Shown here: positions 1 through 8,286 of the stretch, in pieces
Layout of the letters: every line of letters begins with the position of its first letter
How positions within the stretch are numbered: position 1 is the first letter of the stretch
Assembly (NCBI GenBank): GCA_003154195.1
Contig: PMCS01000024.1
Span: 64,028-128,027 of the forward strand
From: Candidatus Omnitrophota bacterium
GTDB taxonomy: Bacteria > Omnitrophota > Gorgyraeia > Duberdicusellales > 4484-171
Direction of reading: 5' to 3'
Length of the DNA: 64,000 bases
Translations under genes and position numbers: made by a program
Notes under the pieces: model-generated
What the model was told of the DNA's origin: nothing
Seen by the model: only the letters and a program-made list of their open reading frames with translations
Database searches by the model: none

Positions 1-146
1 GACATCGAACCGGTAGTATCCAGGCAAAAAACCACTTCCACTTTCGGCCGGCCGGCCGGTACGGATACCGCGTATGCCGCTTGCAAAGAGCAAATCGCCA
101 CCCAGAAAATACTTGTCAGAATCGAAAAAATAATTTTATTAACCAT
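1..146 (-). CDS. vWA-domain protein with signal peptide, 5' part only (runs off window)
   Basis: Manual translation from ATG at 146: MVNKIIFSILTSIFWVAICSLQAAYAVSVPAGRPKVEVVFCLDTTGSM. Signal peptide followed by the MIDAS motif DTTGS; GGGGG RBS-like stretch upstream. Confidence 0.85.
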   Translation of the reverse strand, partial: MVNKIIFSILTSIFWVAICSLQAAYAVSVPAGRPKVEVVFCLDTTGSM

Positions 147-160
147 AGGCACCCCCCTTG

Positions 161-523
161 TTAGCTCCCCTGGATATCAATATTGGCCAATATCCTTGCG
201 TCATCTTTTTTTAAAACAACCGGGAACTTTTTTTCTTCCAGAAGGCGGCTTAAGTAAATATTATCTTTCGCGCTAGGAAAAACAATCGCCTGACGGAAAC
301 TTGCAGTGATGCCCAAGGTTATCCCTACGCTAAAGTAAATAATTTTTGCCAAGGCCATTCGTGCCCTTAATGTTTTCGGCGGTTCATTCCTGGGTTTGCG
401 ATAAAATTGCGCCATTCTTTCGTCAAGATTTACCGCCGGCGACAAAGCGTACGCCTCAAAATTAGCTGCCAGGATACGGTGAAGCCTTGCCTCTAACGCT
501 GATTCGTTATTCTCCTCGCGCAT
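161..523 (-). CDS. hypothetical single-pass membrane protein
   Basis: ORF 161..562; GGAGGTG RBS before ATG at 523; one hydrophobic segment (IIYFSVGITLGITA); operonic position. Confidence 0.6.
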   Translation of the reverse strand: MREENNESALEARLHRILAANFEAYALSPAVNLDERMAQFYRKPRNEPPKTLRARMALAKIIYFSVGITLGITASFRQAIVFPSAKDNIYLSRLLEEKKFPVVLKKDDARILANIDIQGS

Positions 524-543
524 ATCGCCACCTCCTTGATGGG

Positions 544-2922
544 TTATTGGATTTCGTAGCAAGCCCCGCCAATAACAATAGCCGCACGTTCACCAATCGC
601 GAAGTACTTACCCAATTCCGGTTTATCCGCCAGTAGAGCAAAGTATTCTTCGCTCATGTAGCCAAGTTTTGTTGTTTCCATGCCTTCCTTGTACTGAGAA
701 TCTACCCATACTCCGTCGCGCTGGTAAAAAGTGTGCCCGCCGATATATTTAATCGAATCCAACGCCGGAGCACGGCTTATTCCCAGCGTCTCAACCTCCA
801 CGATTTTCCGGGAAGCCTCGGCTGATTCGGCCCCCACGCTATTCGTCATCGCGATTTTTTCCTCAGCTCCTCCCCGATGCATCACGCCTGCCGACTCTAT
901 ATCGAAACCCCAGCGGTGATAATCGCTTTCTTTTTCCAGTACCAGAAACGACGTGTACGGCGTCATAATCCCGTGCTTAGTGCTCAACTTTACAATTTCA
1001 TCGGTAAGCTCGCTATTCTCGCCATGCAAACGTATTTCATTTACCAGATAACCGATTTTGCGTGTCGCCCAAAGCCGCGGGATAAAATCATTGGCCTCGC
1101 TTACTTCAGGAAATACCGCCTCATAAACAAATTCTTTTTTACGGCCGTTTACCATACCGGTCAGCTTAATCGCGCCATGGCCGTTGCCCTGGTAACGGCC
1201 GGTGAGTACCAATTGAGTGCCCTTAAATATATCCGGCAGGGTTACCGGATATATTTCATTGATCCGCGCAAGACCCCAATCAATCGCGATATCGCACAGA
1301 AGCGGCTGGCTGACTTTGTGGTAAAAAGAACTTACTTTTGTTTCTATATTTTCCCCTTCGGTTATATAATCGCCGGTGCCTTTATTGACGCGGCAAAGCT
1401 CATCAAGCAAGTGAGTATTGACGTCACTGCCGGCGCCAAAAGTAAAAATCCGCACCCCAGCTTTGTTGGCGTCCCGAAGATTATTTAAAATTCGGTTTAT
1501 CTCTGTTTCTCCCACTGTAGGCTGGCCGTCGGTAAGAAATACCACCATGCGCGGTTGGGTTGAGTCATAAAACATCGCCAATGCCGACAGCAGCGCTTCA
1601 TTAATGTTTGTTCCGCCGCGCGCCAGCAAACCGTCGACGTAAGCAAGCCCATTCTGTACGTTGGAGCGGTCGGCAGGCACCAGAGCCGGCCGGTAAGAGC
1701 AGGCGATGGTGGCAAAATCGACAACATTGAACCGGTCACCAGGGGATAGATTATTGAGACAGTAATGCAGTGCCGACTTAGTCTGTTCAAGCTTCTCCCC
1801 CTCCATACTGCCGGATGTGTCGACTACAAATATTATATCTTTTTTCAGGGCCGGTGCTTCGAGCTGGCCGGGCGACAAAAGCAGCATGAAATATCCATCT
1901 TCCCCTTCCTTGCGATGACAGAGGACGTTTAGCCCCATGTCTTTTTCGGAAACACTGTAATACAGGACAAAATCTTTATCCGGCCTGACATTTTTTGTTT
2001 CATATCCGCAAGACGCCTGGTGCGGATTGATCGTCCTGATATCGGCAGCATGACTTGGCGAATAGACACTTTTCAGTGGTTCTTTCGAGTTTATTTTTAC
2101 GGCTAAAGTAAGCTCTTCCAGGGGGGTAGGCGAAAACCGCTGGGTTCCCAGCGGATAAGTAAACCGGTAAAGGCCGGAATCATAAGCCAATACTTGCTGG
2201 TATACCAACTCGATACGTTTTTCTCCGTGTTTGGGTATCGGATAGACGCGTGCGCAGAACATATTCTGGCCGGCATACTCCAGGAGGCCGGGGTCGCGCA
2301 TCTTGCTGACAATCTGTTCGTATATCTGGCGGGCCTGCGCTTTGCCCAAAACTTTCCCGGAAGTCCGCTTGCCGTCAATATATATCGCGAAGTCGGTAAT
2401 CGCGGAATTTTCCGGTATGGGAAACATGTAAATTCCTTCCATGTCCCGGTTGTAAGAGTTCTGGAATACCTGGTCGATCGAGATTGTGGCGATATTATTC
2501 TCGATGACAACGTTTGCCCGATGATATTTTATTGAGAGCGCCGCGACATTTGAAGGCAAGGTAAACGAAGGTTCAGGCGTTACCGGAACCAACGGGGTTA
2601 ATGCCGGGGCCTGCGGCGGTTGCGGGATGGTTACCGGCGGTTCTACCGATGGCGAGAACGCCGGCACATGCGGCACATCAGGTTTTGGCAATATCGTATT
2701 AATATAATTGATAAGACTGTTCCATGGTGTTACCGAGGGTAGTAATATTTCCAAACCCTGCCCCATCGCCGTTACTTGAGACGGGTCAACGATGAGGATA
2801 CCATTAGCCATTACCCGGCTCATCCCGGAAAAAAGACCGATCACCAAAATTATCATGATAATGTATATTTTTCTTTTCATAGCCCCCTCCTTTTTGGTCA
2901 TTCTTTCTTTTTGCCGATTCAT
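544..2922 (-). CDS. secreted VIT + vWA domain protein (inter-alpha-trypsin-inhibitor-heavy-chain-like)
   Basis: Signal peptide, Pro-rich linker, VIT domain (QVFQN..EGIYMFPIP), vWA MIDAS DTSGSM..GGTNI..FLTDG, C-terminal TPYTSFLV. Start is 2922 or 2880; both have a GGAGG RBS. Confidence 0.9.
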   Translation of the reverse strand: MNRQKERMTKKEGAMKRKIYIIMIILVIGLFSGMSRVMANGILIVDPSQVTAMGQGLEILLPSVTPWNSLINYINTILPKPDVPHVPAFSPSVEPPVTIPQPPQAPALTPLVPVTPEPSFTLPSNVAALSIKYHRANVVIENNIATISIDQVFQNSYNRDMEGIYMFPIPENSAITDFAIYIDGKRTSGKVLGKAQARQIYEQIVSKMRDPGLLEYAGQNMFCARVYPIPKHGEKRIELVYQQVLAYDSGLYRFTYPLGTQRFSPTPLEELTLAVKINSKEPLKSVYSPSHAADIRTINPHQASCGYETKNVRPDKDFVLYYSVSEKDMGLNVLCHRKEGEDGYFMLLLSPGQLEAPALKKDIIFVVDTSGSMEGEKLEQTKSALHYCLNNLSPGDRFNVVDFATIACSYRPALVPADRSNVQNGLAYVDGLLARGGTNINEALLSALAMFYDSTQPRMVVFLTDGQPTVGETEINRILNNLRDANKAGVRIFTFGAGSDVNTHLLDELCRVNKGTGDYITEGENIETKVSSFYHKVSQPLLCDIAIDWGLARINEIYPVTLPDIFKGTQLVLTGRYQGNGHGAIKLTGMVNGRKKEFVYEAVFPEVSEANDFIPRLWATRKIGYLVNEIRLHGENSELTDEIVKLSTKHGIMTPYTSFLVLEKESDYHRWGFDIESAGVMHRGGAEEKIAMTNSVGAESAEASRKIVEVETLGISRAPALDSIKYIGGHTFYQRDGVWVDSQYKEGMETTKLGYMSEEYFALLADKPELGKYFAIGERAAIVIGGACYEIQ

Positions 2923-2941
2923 TTTTTCGCCTCCACATAGA

Positions 2942-2969
2942 TATGACAACCCAGCGCGGAGTTTGTTCC
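2942..2969 (-). promoter_or_regulatory. putative ECF-sigma promoter for the VIT-vWA gene
   Basis: Minus strand GGAACAAA-N14-GTCATA; matches the site upstream of the sigma gene and the RpoE-type GGAAC/GTC consensus. Confidence 0.65.
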
Positions 2970-3104
2970 CGAAAAAATGAAAAAAATAGCCCACGAAGGT
3001 TATGGGACGTAAAGTTAATATTGGCGGAGTTTTACGAAAATCAAAACAATAAACAAAAATATTGTCCACAGATTGCTCAGGCTACGAGGGTGGGTTTAAG
3101 CTGG

Positions 3105-4235
3105 TTATTGACTATAGCGGAATGGCTCGCGGTCAGCGCTGTAGACCTCGATATTTATCTCGGTGCTTACCTCAGTGTTTACCTCAGTAGTTACTTCGGC
3201 GTTTCGCGCTGCTTCAAAATCGTAGACCTTCTCTTCAGGGCCGCCACGATGCATAACCGACATCGAATCTAAGGCCGGCGCGACGGATAATCGCGGCGCG
3301 GGAAAAATCGACCCGATATTCAACGCGGCTAACCTTTCCTCTAAAGTTCCTGCCATCGCCTGGCCGGCCGAAATCGTGATTACTGAGTTTCCCTGCGCTT
3401 GGCGGACCGACTCAATAGTGATATTCTCTCCTTTGAGATACGCCTGGATTTTTTGGATGCTTTCTTGCGGGTCTTTCGCGTAGACCTTTATCGTTCGCGC
3501 CGGCGACGATTGTTGGGCGGAGGTAGTATATTCCGTATCGCGTCCGGCGGAATACTGAGATTGCTCCAACGCACCCGAAACCCCCAGGGTTTCGGTTTCT
3601 ACCGCTGAAGTACGACTATCACCGCCCAGCTCATTTTTTTGAGGCAAAAACGCCAATTCCCGGTTTTCGTCTTTGTGATTCCCGGCGCTTGCGGTATACG
3701 AATTTACTGCCAGCCCGGTTTCTTCTGCCAGATTGCTCCCGCCGCGTTGTGACATTTCGTTTTGGGCCTTGGCCAATCCGATTTGACGCGAGGCCACCGC
3801 CGTCAAAACCGAATATTTCGCCCCCAAAGCTTTGGCCCTCAATGCGCTTTTTTCCGCGGCAAAGTCAGCCTTAGCCAGTTCAAGCCGCCTATGGGAACCA
3901 AATGGTGCCAGCCGCGTCAGGGAAATGGCGACTGCCGCGACGAGGCAGGCCGCGATCATCACGCGGACTTGCGGCCGGCGCGTGAGTTTATCCAGAAAGC
4001 GGTCCAACTCCCGGCGCTGGCTGACGCGCCGGCTTACCAGTTCGGTAAAATCCGCCGGGGGCTGAGCCGGCGTCAATTTTCCCAGGGATTCCAACATCGC
4101 CCGCATCCGCCCTAACTGCTTGAGGCATTCCGGACAGCGACTGATGTGCTGCTGCACTAACGCGGTCGAGCCTTTATCCAGCGTTTGGTCAAAATATTCA
4201 AGAAACATCTCGCGTATCTTTTCACACGTATTCAT
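3105..4235 (-). CDS. zinc-finger (zf-HC2/ZAS) transmembrane anti-sigma factor
   Basis: N-terminal C..HISRCPEC (HxxxCxxC), one TM helix, low-complexity extracytoplasmic tail; overlaps the sigma stop codon. Confidence 0.85.
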   Translation of the reverse strand: MNTCEKIREMFLEYFDQTLDKGSTALVQQHISRCPECLKQLGRMRAMLESLGKLTPAQPPADFTELVSRRVSQRRELDRFLDKLTRRPQVRVMIAACLVAAVAISLTRLAPFGSHRRLELAKADFAAEKSALRAKALGAKYSVLTAVASRQIGLAKAQNEMSQRGGSNLAEETGLAVNSYTASAGNHKDENRELAFLPQKNELGGDSRTSAVETETLGVSGALEQSQYSAGRDTEYTTSAQQSSPARTIKVYAKDPQESIQKIQAYLKGENITIESVRQAQGNSVITISAGQAMAGTLEERLAALNIGSIFPAPRLSVAPALDSMSVMHRGGPEEKVYDFEAARNAEVTTEVNTEVSTEINIEVYSADREPFRYSQ

Positions 4236-4804
4236 AGTATACCTTCCAATTTTTCTTTCAAGGCAAACCGCGCCCGGTTTAAGCGCGACTTGACCGTCCC
4301 GATATCAAGGCGCAGAATTTCGCCGATTTGAGCGTATTCCCTGCCTTCGATATCACGCAAAATAATTATCTCGCGCTGCTCTTCGCTTAATCCGGAGAGG
4401 GCTTTTTGCAGGCATTCTTCTTTTATTTTCGTATCCGCAATATCGCGCGGGCTGGCGCCGGTATCGACGGCCTGGCGCGTTACCGGGCCGTCCTCGGTTT
4501 CCAGGGGATCGTCGAGCGAAAAAGCGATATGCTTACCACGCCGCGCCAGGGCTTTCAGCCGGTTACGGCAAAAATTCAAAGTTACGGTGTAAAGGTACGT
4601 CGAAAATTTAGCCTCGCCGCGGAACGACCGCAGGGTCTCGTATATTTTAAGGAAGATATCCTGCGAGACATCCAGCGCTTCGTTGTAATCGGCAAGCATT
4701 CGAAAGCACACGTTAAACACCATCCCTTTGTATTTTTCCACCAGTCCTTCAAAACCGGCCTTATCGCCGGCTAAAAAACTCTCGATCAGTTCTTTGTCTT
4801 CCAT
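4232..4804 (-). CDS. ECF RNA polymerase sigma factor (RpoE/SigW-like)
   Basis: Region 2 (DVSQDIFLKIY..FRGEAKFSTYLY) and region 4 (GTVKSRLNRAR). Likely start is ATG 4804; the track starts at GTG 4816. Confidence 0.93.
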   Translation of the reverse strand: MEDKELIESFLAGDKAGFEGLVEKYKGMVFNVCFRMLADYNEALDVSQDIFLKIYETLRSFRGEAKFSTYLYTVTLNFCRNRLKALARRGKHIAFSLDDPLETEDGPVTRQAVDTGASPRDIADTKIKEECLQKALSGLSEEQREIIILRDIEGREYAQIGEILRLDIGTVKSRLNRARFALKEKLEGIL

Positions 4805-4808
4805 ATAG

Positions 4809-4836
4809 TTAGACACCGCGGAGCGGCATTTGTTCC
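4809..4836 (-). promoter_or_regulatory. putative autoregulatory ECF promoter
   Basis: Minus strand GGAACAAA-N14-GTCTAA, ending 4 nt before the ATG at 4804. Confidence 0.7.
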
Positions 4837-5061
4837 TTCATTCAAATCATTTCGCGGTAACCCGCGAAATGATTTGTTTCAAAATATTTAGAATATACTC
4901 GCGGCAGGTCCATCGGCTTACCCGCCGGAGGCAGGTACACAGGCATTTTTTTCGGCTGAAATCTGGTTTTCCCTAAGCAACGGCAATTATACTCTATAAA
5001 AATAAGGGAGTCAATTCGGGAAATGTTCAGAGTAAATTCTTGTGATATAATATTCAACCCT

Positions 5062-6357
5062 ATGGACAAACAACCGCCATCCCAAGTCGACCGCAGCCTC
5101 AGGTTTTCGATTCTTGACGGAATATTTGCCAACGCCATGGCCGGCTTTACCCAGGATTATTTTACGCCGTTCCTCCTGCTTTTGGGCGGCCAGGTAAAAC
5201 ACGTGGCCGCCCTTACCGCTCTGCCTAATCTGTTCGCGGCTTTAGTCCAGCTTAAAAGTGCGGATTTGACCGAACGATTAAAATCGCGCCGGAAAATAAT
5301 CAACACTTTCATATTTCTTCATCTGTTGGTCATCCTTCCCATAGCCGGAATGGCTCTTTTCGCTTATAAAAACCCTGAGCTTTTTATCCTGCTGGTTGTT
5401 TTATTCACCGCCCTTCAGGCCTTTGCCGTTCCCGGCTGGTCGAGTTTAATGTCGGATCTGGTAGACAAAGACAAGCGCGGCGATTATTTCGGCTGGCGGA
5501 ATAAAACTTTAGGCTTAATCGCAGTCGGTTCAACGCTTATCGCGGGATTCCTCTTGAACCAAATGAAAAAAATAAATATTTTTTACGGCTTTGCCGCCCT
5601 TTTTTGCCTCGCGTTCATCTTTCGGACTTTTTCCTGGTATTTTTTAACGCGAATGCATGAACCGGCAATCGACATCCGGAAAGAACATTGTTTTACACTG
5701 CGAGAGTTCATCGTCCGGATGCGAAAAAGCAACTTTGCCAAGTTTGTCCTCTTCGCCGCAATATTTAATTTTTCTATTTTTACCGCCGCGCCGTTTTTTC
5801 CCGTATTTATGCTCAAAGATTTATCGATGAGCTATGTCCTCTACGGTTCGCTTACTGCTACGGCTACTTTGACGATTTACCTGGCGATGCGCCGCTGGGG
5901 CCGACATGCCGATAAATTCGGGAATTTGCGGACGATAAAACTGTCGGCATTCTTGATCAGCCTGAACCCTTTATTCTGGCTTTTTAGCCATAATCCGGCA
6001 GTATTATTCTTGGCGCAAATCGCCAGCGGCTTCGGCTGGGCGGGATTTACCCTTTGCTCCTCTAACTTTATCTACGATTGCGCCATTCCGGAAAAACGCA
6101 CCCGCTGTGTTGCTTACTATAACTTTTTTGTCGGCGTGGGAATCTTTTTAGGAAGCCTGTGCGGCGGTTATTTGATTAAAATCCTGCCGCCGCTTTTCGG
6201 GCATAGCATATTGACCCTCTTTCTGATTTCCGCGTCATTAAGGCTGGCAGTGAGCCTGTTGATGCCTAAAAATTTAAAAGAAGTGCGTCCGGTAGCGGAG
6301 ATAAACGGGGGAAGGTTGTTTTTGAGTTTGACGGGGATAATTAATTATCGAAAATAA
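5062..6357 (+). CDS. MFS transporter
   Basis: About 12 hydrophobic segments; MFS loop motif WGRHADKFG; TGATATAAT extended -10 upstream. Confidence 0.9.
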   Translation: MDKQPPSQVDRSLRFSILDGIFANAMAGFTQDYFTPFLLLLGGQVKHVAALTALPNLFAALVQLKSADLTERLKSRRKIINTFIFLHLLVILPIAGMALFAYKNPELFILLVVLFTALQAFAVPGWSSLMSDLVDKDKRGDYFGWRNKTLGLIAVGSTLIAGFLLNQMKKINIFYGFAALFCLAFIFRTFSWYFLTRMHEPAIDIRKEHCFTLREFIVRMRKSNFAKFVLFAAIFNFSIFTAAPFFPVFMLKDLSMSYVLYGSLTATATLTIYLAMRRWGRHADKFGNLRTIKLSAFLISLNPLFWLFSHNPAVLFLAQIASGFGWAGFTLCSSNFIYDCAIPEKRTRCVAYYNFFVGVGIFLGSLCGGYLIKILPPLFGHSILTLFLISASLRLAVSLLMPKNLKEVRPVAEINGGRLFLSLTGIINYRK

Positions 6358-6619
6358 AAAAACAAAAATCTTTTTAACCACCCGCTCACCCCGGGGCTCG
6401 CTGGATTTCACAGATTCGCACAGATAAATACCTAAAAAATACAAACCTATAGTTGGCACAGACACGAAAAAATACCGAAGGATAAAAAGTGATTCCTACC
6501 TGCCAATGGGCAGTGGTAAAAATGAGAAAAATAGCAAGAAAAATTTAACAACGAATCGCTCGAATTTCGCGAATAAAAATAGGGGGAATTTTAACCGCAA
6601 GATTACACCACGGGGCTTA

Positions 6620-7255
6620 TTATTTACGGTAATCGCGGGTGTCGAGACAGGAATCATAAAACTTGCGGTCAATCTTGATCCAGTCGGCCTTATTGATTCC
6701 CCGGTTATTTTTATAGGCCGGGCTGACGGGAAAAGCCGAGGCGATTTTGATCCAGCGTTTTTGTTCGGCGGAAAGAATTCTTACCTCATCGGCAACTTCG
6801 CTTAAATCCTGGTCCTGGCTCAAGATCACCCCCACATCGTAAGCTTTCGCGTGGGCAAACCGTATAATATCCAGAGCAATCCGGATATCAACGCCTTTTT
6901 CCTGCCCGACCAAAAAAGTCTGCGCTTTGCCGTTTGGTAATTTTATCGTTTGGTTGCGATAGCGCAAGGAACGGGAAAAAATTTTAACCTTTTCCTGCCC
7001 CATCGCAGTTAATTTATTGGTCCAGAAGGTATGCCATGGCGCATCATCTTCCAAATCGGGGACGCCGGTATAAAACCGGGTTTCTTTTAAAATCCAGCCT
7101 TTCAGCGCGCAGATTTTTTTGGCAAGTAATTTTACGTTATAATTGGGGTAAGGATAGCCGAAAGCTTCTTTGGCGGCGTGAAACAAATTTTGGCCATCGA
7201 TGAAAACAATGGCTCGTTTAGACTTCGGTTCGGGAAAATTCTTTCGGTTGGGCAT
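6620..7255 (-). CDS. NYN-domain (PIN-like, LabA/DUF88) ribonuclease
   Basis: Motifs FIDGQNL, QEKGVDIRIALD and SQDQDL supply the conserved acidic residues. Confidence 0.9.
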   Translation of the reverse strand: MPNRKNFPEPKSKRAIVFIDGQNLFHAAKEAFGYPYPNYNVKLLAKKICALKGWILKETRFYTGVPDLEDDAPWHTFWTNKLTAMGQEKVKIFSRSLRYRNQTIKLPNGKAQTFLVGQEKGVDIRIALDIIRFAHAKAYDVGVILSQDQDLSEVADEVRILSAEQKRWIKIASAFPVSPAYKNNRGINKADWIKIDRKFYDSCLDTRDYRK

Positions 7256-7257
7256 AA

Positions 7258-7367
7258 TTCGACTATCCCCTCACGGGGATAATTCAACTAAGCCCGGGGT
7301 ACCGGGCAAGTTTCATTACAGCCTCTTCCTTCGCGCGCGACGCGCTCGAAAACCGGCTAAGTCTCAT
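7258..7367. mobile_element. 110-bp three-hairpin mini-element flanked by TAA (copy 1)
   Basis: TTCGACTATCCCC...TCTCAT with TAA on both sides; a same-length, same-ended copy is at 35604..35713. Confidence 0.7.
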
Positions 7368-7378
7368 TAAATAAATAA

Positions 7379-7411
7379 CCCCACTCAAACCCTTGCGGGA
7401 ATCAAGTGGGG
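7379..7411 (-). promoter_or_regulatory. GNRA-capped leader hairpin upstream of the NYN gene
   Basis: Minus strand CCCCACTTGA-TT-CCC-GCAA-GGG-T-TTGAGTGGGG followed by TTATTTATTT. Confidence 0.55.
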
Positions 7412-7434
7412 GGCAAATCGTCTAATCTAAAGGA

Positions 7435-7462
7435 ATTTTACACCTAAGCAGTGTTTTGTCAA
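7435..7462 (-). promoter_or_regulatory. sigma70-type promoter of the NYN gene
   Basis: TTGACA-N16-TAAAAT on the minus strand. Confidence 0.65.
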
Positions 7463-7562
7463 GTTTCTTTTCCGAAAGCTCATTATCCTTCGACTCGTCG
7501 CTTCGCTTCTCGCTCAGGATAATTCAGCTACCCCCCTCGCCGGGAAAAATTATTGCTCGCTT

Positions 7563-7691
7563 TTAATGCTTTATTGCCTTGTAGACACCGTAAGCGCCCG
7601 CCGCGCTTAGCGCTATAGGAATCAAGGCGCAGCCGGAAATAGATACACAGCACGAGCAGACTAGAATAAGATAACTTATCTTTTTTAACAT
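7563..7691 (-). CDS. small putative lipoprotein
   Basis: MLKKISYLILVCSCCVSISGC (lipobox-like ISGC); AAGGGAG RBS. Confidence 0.55.
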   Translation of the reverse strand: MLKKISYLILVCSCCVSISGCALIPIALSAAGAYGVYKAIKH

Positions 7692-7904
7692 TCGTTCTCC
7701 CTTACCGCTGATTACCGCGGCTTGACAAATGTTGTCCTCTTCCGGCGTCGCCATACTTTCTACTGATAATTCTAAACTTCTCGACAGATTATAATACTAA
7801 GATTCTACCACAGAGAACACAGAGCGCACAGAGAAAAACAAAGAATCATACTACTGAGCGTGCCACACACAAATTGCTCCGGAGCAATGATAAAAGTCTG
7901 ACAC

Positions 7905-8270
7905 TCACTCCCGCCACAGATACAAAGCGCCGCACAATAATGCCCCAATCACAAAGATCAGCACGGTGTTGCGCACAAAATAGGGATAGGCCATAAGCGC
8001 CATGCCGATTATCGCCGGCTTAAGCTCCCCTTGTTTTTTTCCGTACATAAACGCGATCATGCCGACGGAACTGAAAATAAGCCCGGCGATGATCCCCGGC
8101 CAGGAAAATCCCATGATCCCCGACGAACCGCTTGCCGAGTCCAGAATCTTTTTCTGGCTTTCCTCTAATACGACAGCCAGTTTATTCACCGGGGCAAGGT
8201 CCGGGTCTGACTGGCAAAATGCCGATCCCGCCAAGCCGAAACAAGCAAATATAGCCAGAATTAAAATCAT
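7905..8270 (-). CDS. hypothetical membrane protein
   Basis: Signal peptide plus a C-terminal membrane module (GMIAFMYGKKQ..GMALMAYPYFV). Confidence 0.7.
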   Translation of the reverse strand: MILILAIFACFGLAGSAFCQSDPDLAPVNKLAVVLEESQKKILDSASGSSGIMGFSWPGIIAGLIFSSVGMIAFMYGKKQGELKPAIIGMALMAYPYFVRNTVLIFVIGALLCGALYLWRE

Positions 8271-8286
8271 AAGAGTTATTTTACGG

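Noticed and set aside
3150-3200. TEV(N/S)TEV 12-bp repeat at the anti-sigma C-terminus
   Set aside because: Short low-complexity coding repeat with no wider pattern.
6506-6805. 99-aa plus-strand ORF
   Set aside because: It is made of repeat arms plus the antisense of the NYN gene.
7255-7370. CRISPR array (repeat/spacer-like periodicity, also at 35601 and 30973-31271)
   Set aside because: Repeats are only 10-11 nt and degenerate, or tRNA-derived; the spacers are palindromes; there are no cas genes.
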